Source: Planctomycetota bacterium
GTDB taxonomy: Bacteria; Planctomycetota; B15-G4
Direction of reading: 5' to 3'
NCBI GenBank assembly: GCA_965248575.1
Contig: CBDFJQ010000002.1
Coordinates: 1,120,001-1,184,000 of the forward strand
Length of the DNA stretch: 64,000 nt
The notes under the pieces were generated by a model, which was given only the letters and a program-made list of their open reading frames with translations, was not told the DNA's origin and made no database searches. This document shows positions 48,401-56,029 of the stretch, piece by piece (positions within the stretch are counted from its first letter, which is position 1; each line of letters begins with the position of its first letter). Both the position numbers and the translations under genes were made by a program.

Positions 48401-49943
48401 GGTCCTCGTCGTCCTCGTCCTCCTCATCCTCGTCGTCGTCACTCTTCCCCTTGGACTCCTTCTCCTTCTCCACACGATCTCGGTCGTCGAACAGCCGGCC
48501 ACCAACAATGGAGAAGGCCACCTTGGACGCCTTCTCGGTGGGAGAGCCGTTCCAGCCGCTGAGGCAAGCCTGGGCCCCCACCTGCAGTTGACCGACTGGG
48601 GCCCCGTCGCCCAGCACATGGGCGGCACCCGCGGCAAGCAAGGTCGATGCTTGCGCCGCCTCGAGCCCACCCTTCTCCATGGCGATCAGCACACTTTCCC
48701 GGAGCTCCTTGGCTGTGCGACCGAAAGTTCCAAGCGCCACCGGGACGCCCACCTTGAGCAGCGCCGAGGCCCCTGACACCTGCTCCGTCCAGATCCGATG
48801 CCGGTCCGCAACGAGACGGGTTGGAGTGCCCGGATCCCAAGCTTCGTGCTTGGCCTTCTTCTCGTTGTCCTTGTCCTTCTTGGACCGCTTCGAATCGGAA
48901 GCCCCTTCTGCAGAGGAAGCCTGCTCCGCATCAGACTTCGCAGAGTCGTCTGCGTCTGCGACCTCATCATCCTCATCATCCTTCGACTTCTCGGGCGCCT
49001 CAGGCTCCTCCGGGAAGTCCAGATCCAGGATCACAGGCACCTGAGCAGCCGCCAGCAGGTCAGCCACTTCCCAGGCTTCTCGCCCACCTGCAATCACGAG
49101 CCGCAGCCCGGGGAAATCCTGCGCCAGGCCCAAGGCCAAACGGATGTCCTCTTCTTCGTTGGCTCGCAGGATCAGTGGCTGCTCACCATCCAGCAAGGCC
49201 ACCAGGGCGTCGAGCGCCGGGTCCACGGGAGGGCGGGGGCCCGCCAGACCGTCTGCGAAACCCTGCGCCAGCGCCTGGTGATGCTGGGCGTCCAGGAGCG
49301 CCTGTCGCAGGTGGGCCATCAAACCCATGAGCGTGGCGGGGTACTGCACGCCGCCCTGACCCCAGGACCCGGAGCGCCAACTCAAGGAACCAAACTGGGC
49401 CACGTCCGTGCCCAACAGGGCCTCGCGAGCTGGGCGTCCGTTGGGAAGCAGCCACGATCCCATACCCGACAGCGCCATCCCGGAGGGCGCAGCAAGCAAC
49501 GCCCCGAAGCCTGCCTCCCGGTGGCCCTTGAGCTCCGTGGACCCGGAACCCAGAGCGCGCCAGAGTTGACGTTCGGGAGACACTCCGTTTCGGTTCGTCG
49601 TCAACATGCCAGCGAACACGTCGCGACCGTCGTCTGCGGGCCGACCGGGGTTCATTTCGTGGTCTTGGAAGTCGACCTTCAGCTCATGGGCCGCATCCAC
49701 GAAAGACGCCACCAGTGTGTAGCCCTCGGCGTCGATCACCCGGGCGTCGTCTGGAGCGTGGACATCGGCACCGACGGCCTCGATCAGGCCGTGACGGATC
49801 ACCACGGTGACTCCATCCACAGCGGGTGCTCCTGGTTCGAGCACTGCCTTGGCGCCCACGATGGCGAGCGGTGGCTCGGGCCGATCCGACGCAAGAGGGC
49901 CAGCGGCGACGGCGAGACACAAGGCGACCAGAAGGTTGGCCAT
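45486..49943 (-). CDS. Secreted triple-domain amidohydrolase fusion (1485 aa)
   Basis: Signal peptide; three amidohydrolase modules (FVDAAH; PGIIDCHAH...KFALGENP...HSHCY...QH...NSDS; PGMIDAGA) separated by acidic linkers. Confidence 0.85.
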   Translation of the reverse strand: MANLLVALCLAVAAGPLASDRPEPPLAIVGAKAVLEPGAPAVDGVTVVIRHGLIEAVGADVHAPDDARVIDAEGYTLVASFVDAAHELKVDFQDHEMNPGRPADDGRDVFAGMLTTNRNGVSPERQLWRALGSGSTELKGHREAGFGALLAAPSGMALSGMGSWLLPNGRPAREALLGTDVAQFGSLSWRSGSWGQGGVQYPATLMGLMAHLRQALLDAQHHQALAQGFADGLAGPRPPVDPALDALVALLDGEQPLILRANEEEDIRLALGLAQDFPGLRLVIAGGREAWEVADLLAAAQVPVILDLDFPEEPEAPEKSKDDEDDEVADADDSAKSDAEQASSAEGASDSKRSKKDKDNEKKAKHEAWDPGTPTRLVADRHRIWTEQVSGASALLKVGVPVALGTFGRTAKELRESVLIAMEKGGLEAAQASTLLAAGAAHVLGDGAPVGQLQVGAQACLSGWNGSPTEKASKVAFSIVGGRLFDDRDRVEKEKESKGKSDDDEDEEDEDDEDQDEEVDDEPKEEVIAESNAEDDLLGSSDADAAEEGESEGEGDAKLSSYRRALKAAAEAAHEDVDWPVELDEDREPSFRTGGDVLVRGATIYTADDRTGLLEKADLLVSGGLIAAIGEDLEAPDGIRVVDGTGLFVAPGIIDCHAHVAIRGGVNEWTRIITPEVSIEDEVDPDDVGIYRALAGGTTTARLLHGSANSIGGRHEVVKFRWGSTAPEMVLEGAPRGVKFALGENPRQANWGDGARFPKTRMGVEVSLRRSFEEARRYQDAWAAHEAAAAGGAASMAPRRDLRLEALVGILGGEIAVHSHCYRAHEIVMLMRIAEEFGFKVATFQHVLEGYKVAAEIAAHGGLGGSTFVDWWGFKYEASEATPYNPALVHEAGALMSVNSDSGDHIRRLNLEAAKTIKYGDVPEREALKMVTMNPALQLGIADQVGSLHPGKSADFAVYSGHPFDVTSKVLMTFVDGELMFERREGRYDDWLAELSTRIEAGRAAVADQAEEDEGGLTVEGRDAPLDAELLTRLSAPRSATRAASTPTRPAPQAVVLVGGRVHTMTRGDDGFVVHEPGVVMLRDGRIEAVQAGDADVVALRAAGYDVRDVSGLDVWPGMIDAGAPLGIGEISMVKQSMDQREVGGNQADIRSSTAWHAASDQIPVARVNGVTSVLVPPSGQGVAGQSALMSLEGWTASDALVRDGVALHVSAPRTSRDPAEQLTAELEGCMGGVDAAPMDWTAGKEDKKPLPERLEKSWKQLREMFLEAREYARVGGVHGYDPRLEALAPYALGQAPIVFSADRADQIADTLDFADEFGLDITIAGGRAAWKVADRLALADVPVIVGPVMGMPLTRSDPYDSAYSNAGLLAAAGVRIAFRTDSAFDVRNLPYEAGMAVAFGLSEQDAMHALTAGAAEVLGLESELGQLAPGLRADVVVTQGSPLQITTRVRQVFVGGRDVGLESKHTELYETYRDRLHDPSRAFR

Positions 49944-49981
49944 GAATGGGGCTCCGTGGGGGGCCGCGAGCGTAGCGACCC

Positions 49982-51661
49982 TCAGCCGGGCGAGCCAGCC
50001 GACACTGCTCGCTCCAGGGATGCCCGCCGAGCCTGCCGGACCCGGGTGAGGGCGGCGGCGCGCACGACGACTGCCGTCGGCAGCGCACGCCCTGCGGCTG
50101 ATCGGAAGCCCCGGGCAAAGCGACCGAGATCAGTCCTTGTGACCGCCTCTGGCACATCTCCCAGCTGCCCCAGCATCCGGACCAGAGCCCCAGGGTCGTG
50201 GGCTGCCGTGCGGACCATGTTGTCCAGGTCGATAAGCAGGATCTCAGGCATCCCCACGGGAGGATTCGTCCGCAGGTCCCCCGTCCCCGCAGCTTCCCAC
50301 GGGGCGATGAGCAGGTTCTTGGTGGACATATCGTCGTGGCGAAGACCCGCTCGGGACAGCCGGCCCACCACATGCCCCACCTGCCAAGCCACCTGGTGTC
50401 GCAGGGTGGGTTCGCTACCCGGCCCCAGACGATCCGCGAAGGTTTCGAGCGAGAGGGCGTCGGGGACCTCATCCGTCACGGTGAAGGCCGAGCCATCGGG
50501 CCGCTCCAGCAGGGCCAAGGCCGTGGGCGTCGGCACTCCCTCCACCTGGCAGCGGCGCGCGGCCTTCCAGGCACTGCGCGCCTTGCCCCAACCGAGACGC
50601 GAACGAAGCGATGGATAGAAACCGTGGTCGAGATACTGCTTCACGACGCGCCCAGCCCGGGGCGCCGAGCCCTCAGGGGCAGAGCCATCCATCAGGCTGA
50701 CGCGACAACGGGGAGCATCCCCCAACAACTCCGGCCCGCCCTGGCTGACGATCTCGGCGTGGCGTCTCAGGTCAGCGCGGAACGTGTCCAGCTCATAGTG
50801 CCTGAGCCTGTGTACCCGCCCTTCGGGCAACGCTCGCCCGAGGAATTCGGTCGAGTTTCGCATGCAGCGGGCGGAACGTCCGCGCACGTAGTCGGCTTCA
50901 AAGGCCTGCAAGGCCCGACGCACATGGGGAATGAGTTCGTCGGCTCGCTCTCCTCGGGCCTGGGCGTACTCCGCGACAAAGCGCGGGGCGTCGTCCAGGT
51001 TGATCCAGGTCCGCATCGAATGCAGGAGGTGCGCGAGGTTTCCGGTGCGCATGGAGCGCGTCACCCGGGGCACCCGCCACATGGAGTGCAGGTCGATGAT
51101 CAACAGCTGATCGTCTGGCCCGAGCAGGAGATTGCCAGCGTGGAGGTCCCGGTGCCAGACGCGATGTTCGTGCAGTTGGGCCACCACCCCGGCCGCTCGC
51201 AAGGCCATGGTCCATGGATCCCGACGCCCCGCTGTGGGCAGGCTTGGGGTCGACAGGGCCTGGGACGCGGCGAGGGATTCCGCCAAGGTCTGCGCGTCTT
51301 TCACCAAACGCCCGATGAACCAGGCCTCCTTGAGCCAGACGCCCTGCCGGTGATCGGCGTATCCGAGCGGGCGCACCGTGGGTAGGCCCCACGAGCAGAG
51401 GGATTCCATGGCTCGGTATTCCCGCTCGGCACGGCCGGGAGTCACCAGGGCCCGCACGGCATCCTTGCGCTGGACACGATAGTGCTTCACGAGCAGGCCG
51501 CCAGCCACATGGGGCAGCTGCCACACGGTGCGAGGACGGTTCTGCTTGATGACGTGGCAGCCCTCGCTGGGCAGCTCTCCGCGCACGAGATCCTGGGCGA
51601 ATGCTCGCAGCTCGTCCGAGGGCGGCACCGCCCAGACCCAATCGACACGGCTCTTGGACAT
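49982..51661 (-). CDS. Double-domain LPS kinase (Kdo/WaaP/InaA family)
   Basis: VKHY...AEREY...HRDLHAGNLL...IIDL; second domain VKQY...HDDMSTKNLL...LIDLD; start estimated. Confidence 0.8.
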   Translation of the reverse strand: MSKSRVDWVWAVPPSDELRAFAQDLVRGELPSEGCHVIKQNRPRTVWQLPHVAGGLLVKHYRVQRKDAVRALVTPGRAEREYRAMESLCSWGLPTVRPLGYADHRQGVWLKEAWFIGRLVKDAQTLAESLAASQALSTPSLPTAGRRDPWTMALRAAGVVAQLHEHRVWHRDLHAGNLLLGPDDQLLIIDLHSMWRVPRVTRSMRTGNLAHLLHSMRTWINLDDAPRFVAEYAQARGERADELIPHVRRALQAFEADYVRGRSARCMRNSTEFLGRALPEGRVHRLRHYELDTFRADLRRHAEIVSQGGPELLGDAPRCRVSLMDGSAPEGSAPRAGRVVKQYLDHGFYPSLRSRLGWGKARSAWKAARRCQVEGVPTPTALALLERPDGSAFTVTDEVPDALSLETFADRLGPGSEPTLRHQVAWQVGHVVGRLSRAGLRHDDMSTKNLLIAPWEAAGTGDLRTNPPVGMPEILLIDLDNMVRTAAHDPGALVRMLGQLGDVPEAVTRTDLGRFARGFRSAAGRALPTAVVVRAAALTRVRQARRASLERAVSAGSPG

Positions 51662-51894
51662 GGGTGGGCTCGGGGGCGGGCGGGCCAACGCCGCGGGCCG
51701 TGCCGCAGCCGGCGGTCGCAACGTGGCCGCATGGTATCCATCCTCGGCGCTCAAGCGAGTCAGCGCTCAAGACCGCTCCGGGCCGCCCCCGCACTCTGCT
51801 CCTCGCCCTGGCCCGCCCAGCATCCAAGAGGCGTCCAAGAGGCATCCCAGCGGGAGTTATCGAACCGGGTCATTGGGCTTGCTAGCCTCAGAGT

Positions 51895-53133
51895 GTGCGG
51901 TTGGCCCTGATCTTCAAACGACTCTCGCTCCACGGCGGTTCGGAGCGCCATGTGTTCATGCTTGCCCGGGATCTCACGGGCGAGGGTCATGAGGTGCACC
52001 TCTTCTGCAGGGACCTCCAGACCACGCCCCCGACGGGGGTGTCCGTACACCGCATGCCATGGATCCCGCTCGGGCCCGGCCTCGGCCGCATTGCCTTTTC
52101 CAACTGGGCCCAGCGGGCCGTTCGGCATGTCGAACAGGTCTCCGGCCGCTTCGATATCACCCATGGCTTCGGTCGGACGGTGGGCCAGGACGTCTACCGC
52201 ATGGGTGGTGGGTGCCACGCCACCTATCTCGAACACGCCCATGCATTGGAGTACCCCTTCTGGCTCAGACGCCTCCTGCGACGAGCCCCCCTTCAGCGGC
52301 TCAAGGCATCCTTCGAATCACGCATGTTGAGCAGTGACGTCGCCCCGCACATCATCACCAACAGCCAGATGAGCAGGTCGGATGTGCTCCATCGGTACTC
52401 GGTCCCGCAACAGCACATGCACGTGGTCCGCAACGGCATCGACCTGGAGCGCTTCCGGCCCCCGGAGCACGATGAGCGGGAACGAGTGCGCGCCATGTGG
52501 GGTCTCGACGAATCCCATGACGTCCTGTTGTTCCTGGGCAGTGGCTATTCCCGCAAGGGCCTCGAAGTCCTGCTGCGGAGCGCCGCCTCGCTCGTTGCGG
52601 AGAATCCCAAGCTGCGACTCGTCGTAGGCGGCCAGGATCATCGGATGCGCCGCTGGCGTCGCCTCGCAGAGCGCCTCGGGCTCTCACACGTCGTCACCTG
52701 GCTCGGTCCGGTCTCGGAGCCCGAACTCAGCTACCGCGGTGCAGACGTCTATGTCCTGCCTACGTCCTATGACCCCGCGGCCAACAGCACGCTGGAGGCC
52801 TTGGCTAGCGGCCTGCCCGTGGTCACAAGCGCCATGAACGGCGCGTCAGAGATCCTCGACCCGGAGCTGCATGGCAGCGTGCTCGACACCCCCATTCACC
52901 CGGCGGAGTTGCGCTCGTCCCTGGTGTCGTGGCTCGAGCGTGCGGGCACGGCTGAAGTCCGCGATGCGACGCGCGCCCTGGCACGACACTTCCCCGCCAG
53001 GAGTTCCTGCAAATCGACCCTGGACGTGTACCGCGCCGTGCTTGAGGATCGGTCGACGCGCCTGCACCCCCCCGCTCCCCCATCTGGAAAGCCTCCGGCA
53101 CGACCGACTCCGGCCGGACTCAGCACCTCATGA
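51895..53133 (+). CDS. GT4 glycosyltransferase (WaaG/WabG-like, LPS core)
   Basis: GGSERH, DVYRMGGGCH, NGIDLERF, RKGLE, YDPAANSTLEALASGLPVV. Confidence 0.9.
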   Translation: MRLALIFKRLSLHGGSERHVFMLARDLTGEGHEVHLFCRDLQTTPPTGVSVHRMPWIPLGPGLGRIAFSNWAQRAVRHVEQVSGRFDITHGFGRTVGQDVYRMGGGCHATYLEHAHALEYPFWLRRLLRRAPLQRLKASFESRMLSSDVAPHIITNSQMSRSDVLHRYSVPQQHMHVVRNGIDLERFRPPEHDERERVRAMWGLDESHDVLLFLGSGYSRKGLEVLLRSAASLVAENPKLRLVVGGQDHRMRRWRRLAERLGLSHVVTWLGPVSEPELSYRGADVYVLPTSYDPAANSTLEALASGLPVVTSAMNGASEILDPELHGSVLDTPIHPAELRSSLVSWLERAGTAEVRDATRALARHFPARSSCKSTLDVYRAVLEDRSTRLHPPAPPSGKPPARPTPAGLSTS

Positions 53134-53384
53134 CTGACTACTCGGCCTACCAAAAAGGCGTCATCAAGCGCTTCTATGACAACCGGGACGCGATCGCGCT
53201 GCAGAAGCTCGCAGAGATGGTCTCGGATCTCTACGTCGAGACCTCCGCCGCCAAGCTCAAGCGCACCTGGGCGCGGGTCGAGAAGCAGATGGTCGCCGCC
53301 GGTGCTCACCCGCACCAGGCCAAGTCGATCGTGGATGACCAGGACCTGGGCACCCTCGCCAAGATCATCGGCGAACTGACCTAG
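53130..53384 (+). CDS. Small conserved hypothetical protein (84 aa)
   Basis: ATGA overlap with the GT4 stop; YQKGVIKRFYDNRDAIALQKLAEMVSDLY resembles a small protein family I associate with Planctomycetes. Confidence 0.7.
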   Translation: MTDYSAYQKGVIKRFYDNRDAIALQKLAEMVSDLYVETSAAKLKRTWARVEKQMVAAGAHPHQAKSIVDDQDLGTLAKIIGELT

Positions 53385-53405
53385 GGCAAACCTAGGACGC
53401 GTGGG

Positions 53406-54611
53406 TCAGCCTGCCTGCTTGGCGGCCACGTACTGCTCGAGCCCTTCAAACTGCCGATGCAGGTCGTGTTCCTTCACGTCCATGGGTGACTTGAAGAAGC
53501 ACGCAAGATGCTCCATGGGACCCGACTCGCCATCGCGCAGCGCGGCGCTCGCGAGGCGGGCCATGTCGAGCACGAGCGGTGCAGCGAGGATGGCATCACA
53601 GCCTTGCCAGACGAACTGCATGTTCATCCGGTGGTTGAGGAAACCCTCGAAGTGGATGAAGTCCCAAGCCGTCTTCCGGTCGTCCAGGGATTCCACGAAG
53701 TCGATACCCACATGGGTGTGCAGCGGGTAGCCCAGGATACCCTGCAGGACCGCATCCTTGCTGCGCACCTTGCTGGCCAGGTTGTCCTTGTGCGCCAGGA
53801 TCTGGCCGTCGCGATCCCCTAGCATGTTGTAGCCCTGCCAGCTCAAGACGTGCAGGTTGCGGACCTTGAACATGGGGGCCAGTGCGCTCTTGACCAAGGT
53901 TTCCCCGGTCTTTCCGTCATTACCCATGAAGGGCAAGCCAGACGATTGGCCGAGTTCGGCCATGGCTGGGCAAAGTGCGGCGCTCGAGGGCGTGAAGTTG
54001 ATGTACGCGCAACCTTCGCGGAAGGCAGCGTAGGCATAGATGAGGCTGGGACGCACACGCTCAGATTGGTTGTCGTCGAGCACCTGCTCGAGTTCTGCGG
54101 CGCCGCTGGGGAGCGTGTCGCTCTCGACATCCGGCTCCGTCGACGCGAGATTCACCACCACGACCCGGTCCACGCCGGCCTCCTTCCGGAAGGCCTCCAG
54201 GTCCGCGCGGACGGCGTCCACGGACTCGCGCAGGGAAAGCGCAGGCATGGTTCCGCCCTTGCTCACGATGCCCTCAATGGCGGGGCCACAGTTCACCACC
54301 GTGCCAGGTCGAATTCGCTCCGACATCTGCTCCAATTCAGGTCGCAGAGCCTGGATCATCTCGAGGTCCAGGGAGCCACTCAACTTCGCAACCTGGTATG
54401 CGCTCTCCCAGAAGTCGGAGCTGCGCACCTCATGGCCACCGAACACGATGTCCTCGAAGGCCGGCAGATCCAGGGCGTCGAACTCGGGACGCACGCTGAC
54501 AAGGCCTGTCGGCGGCACCATTCCTCTCGCGATGGCACGGGTTCCAACGGCGAGTGTCGTGCCGATGCCACCCAGGGCTCCCACCATCCAAAGACCGAGA
54601 CGCTCACTCAC
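53406..54611 (-). CDS. ino1: Inositol-3-phosphate synthase
   Basis: VGALGGIGTT, NLASTE, GNDGKTGET, NMLGDRDG, DDRKTAWD, GCDAILAAPLVLD; start estimated. Confidence 0.9.
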   Translation of the reverse strand: MSERLGLWMVGALGGIGTTLAVGTRAIARGMVPPTGLVSVRPEFDALDLPAFEDIVFGGHEVRSSDFWESAYQVAKLSGSLDLEMIQALRPELEQMSERIRPGTVVNCGPAIEGIVSKGGTMPALSLRESVDAVRADLEAFRKEAGVDRVVVVNLASTEPDVESDTLPSGAAELEQVLDDNQSERVRPSLIYAYAAFREGCAYINFTPSSAALCPAMAELGQSSGLPFMGNDGKTGETLVKSALAPMFKVRNLHVLSWQGYNMLGDRDGQILAHKDNLASKVRSKDAVLQGILGYPLHTHVGIDFVESLDDRKTAWDFIHFEGFLNHRMNMQFVWQGCDAILAAPLVLDMARLASAALRDGESGPMEHLACFFKSPMDVKEHDLHRQFEGLEQYVAAKQAG

Positions 54612-54718
54612 TGTGCTGGGGTGTCCGACGGGATGAAGACCAGAGGAGGGCGGGGATTCTACGGTCCTCATCGCACAAAGTCGTGGAGAGCCGCCTCGCG
54701 GCGAGACATCATGCATGG

Positions 54719-55177
54719 ATGAAGTACGCACCCCACACCTTTGACCAGCTCGAACTCGAGACGGAGTTCGAGGTCGGGCCCCGGGTCGTCAGCCGTGGCG
54801 ACATAGACGCCTTCACGGCGGTGTCCGGTGACAAGACGGCGCTCCACACCGATGCCGACTACGCTGCGACGACCCCCCTGGGCGGATTGGTCGCTCACGG
54901 CGTCCTCAATCTGGCGGTTGCCACCGGCCTTGCCTATGAACTCGGCATCTTCGAGGGGACGGTGCTTGCCATTCGAGGCATGGACGTCAGCTACGACCGA
55001 CCCGTCTACCCCGGCGACAGCCTGACCCTGGCCCTCACCGTCTTGGAGCTCGACACCAGGCCTCGGCCAGACCGGGCGCGGGCAGCATTCGCCATTCGAC
55101 TGCGAAATCAGCATGGAAAGACCGTTTTGAGCGGCACCTGGCGGGTCCTGATGCGGCGCTCTTTCGAGGCCAGCTGA
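54719..55177 (+). CDS. MaoC-like dehydratase
   Basis: FTAVSGDKTALHTD, VAHG, RPVYPGD, NQHGKTV. Confidence 0.9.
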   Translation: MKYAPHTFDQLELETEFEVGPRVVSRGDIDAFTAVSGDKTALHTDADYAATTPLGGLVAHGVLNLAVATGLAYELGIFEGTVLAIRGMDVSYDRPVYPGDSLTLALTVLELDTRPRPDRARAAFAIRLRNQHGKTVLSGTWRVLMRRSFEAS

Positions 55178-55190
55178 TCCACTGCGGATT

Positions 55191-55215
55191 TAAGTAGCTA
55201 TTAAATAAGCACTTA
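55191..55215. promoter_or_regulatory. AT-rich dyad TAAGT-N15-ACTTA (possible IHF/nucleoid-protein or TF site)
   Basis: TAAGTAGCTATTAAATAAGCACTTA in a strongly AT-rich patch of a GC-rich window. Confidence 0.35.
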
Positions 55216-55244
55216 TACCCGTACACCCAGCAGCGCGGACCAGG

Positions 55245-55292
55245 GCCCCATATCTGGGGTTGCGTCCAAAAGCCGCCCCACATATGTTGTGC
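55245..55292. promoter_or_regulatory. Tandem NrdR-like boxes, starts 32 bp apart
   Basis: GCCCCATATCTGGGGT (55245-55260) and CCCACATATGTTGTGC (55277-55292) versus consensus acaCwAtATaTwGtgt. Confidence 0.6.
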
Positions 55293-55356
55293 GCTAACCC
55301 ACAGCGTCGACAGGCGGTCGATCCAAGCGCTGAGGGACCTTTTGGGAGGGCAGTTC

Positions 55357-55647
55357 ATGGTTCGCAAGGAGAAATCCGCAGCGACGGCCTTTGTGGAATC
55401 GGCCGAACGCGTGGAATGGGTCGAGGTCGTGCTCCGCGATGGGCACACCTATCAGGGCAACGTCATCAGGAACCCCATCCGACGCACGGGTTCCATCGTG
55501 AACGCGCTGGATGAGACTCGATATGACTTCTCGCTCGACGAAGTTCAGGCGGTTCGACGGGTCAGCGACCCGCGCATCGCTAGCCTCGAACTGAATCGCA
55601 GCTTGGCCATGCCCATGGACGAGACGTCCACAGCTGGCCTCAGCTGA
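55357..55647 (+). CDS. Small hypothetical protein (96 aa), possible Sm/SH3-like beta-barrel
   Basis: GGAGG RBS; VEVVLRDGHTYQGNV resembles Sm1 and FSLDEVQAV resembles Sm2. Confidence 0.6.
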   Translation: MVRKEKSAATAFVESAERVEWVEVVLRDGHTYQGNVIRNPIRRTGSIVNALDETRYDFSLDEVQAVRRVSDPRIASLELNRSLAMPMDETSTAGLS

Positions 55648-56029
55648 GCGTCAGGAGCGAGCTCTAAACCACGATTTGATGCCCAGGACGCGGCAGGCGC
55701 CCGTCCGAGGGGCCTCGTCGCCTGATCGAACCTGATCGAACAGGCTGACCACAAAGCAGGTCTCGTCCGGCCGTGCCCCTGGGCGACCCAGGCGGCCCTG
55801 GCCTCACAACCGCTCGCGGCGCGCAAAAAGAGGGATTTCTACGCGGAAAACATCGCTTCCGTGCGTCCGCTTGGTCCGCTGTTCTCGTCTAGAGCGCCTG
55901 AGAGTGGAGCTATCTCTGATGGCTGCCTCCCACGCCGTATCTTCGAGAGTGATTCCGACTATCATGCCCGGCACACTCTCACCCAATCCGAAACACTGCC
56001 TGAATCCGACCATTCGCCTGGGGTATCGC

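Noticed and set aside
48290..48480. Repetitive TCGTCC/TCCTC tract resembling a repeat array
   Set aside because: Encodes the Asp/Glu-rich linker of the amidohydrolase fusion; no constant repeat-spacer structure, so not CRISPR
45717..48776. 1019-aa plus-strand ORF (and similar long ORFs at 144-1274, 40848-42473, 48798-50618, 24760-26397)
   Set aside because: Antisense shadows of motif-bearing genes; expected in GC-rich DNA; no recognisable motifs
51895..54611. Mycothiol pathway (GT4 as MshA next to ino1) or BshA
   Set aside because: The GT4 motifs (GGSER, DVYRMGGGCH, YDPAAN) fit WaaG/WabG-type LPS enzymes, it is paired with an LPS kinase, and ino1 is convergent
55648..56029. Known riboswitch in the long leader of the HEAT gene
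   Set aside because: Only a weak GAGAGTG/CACTCTC stem; no recognisable cobalamin, TPP, SAM or c-di-GMP consensus by eye
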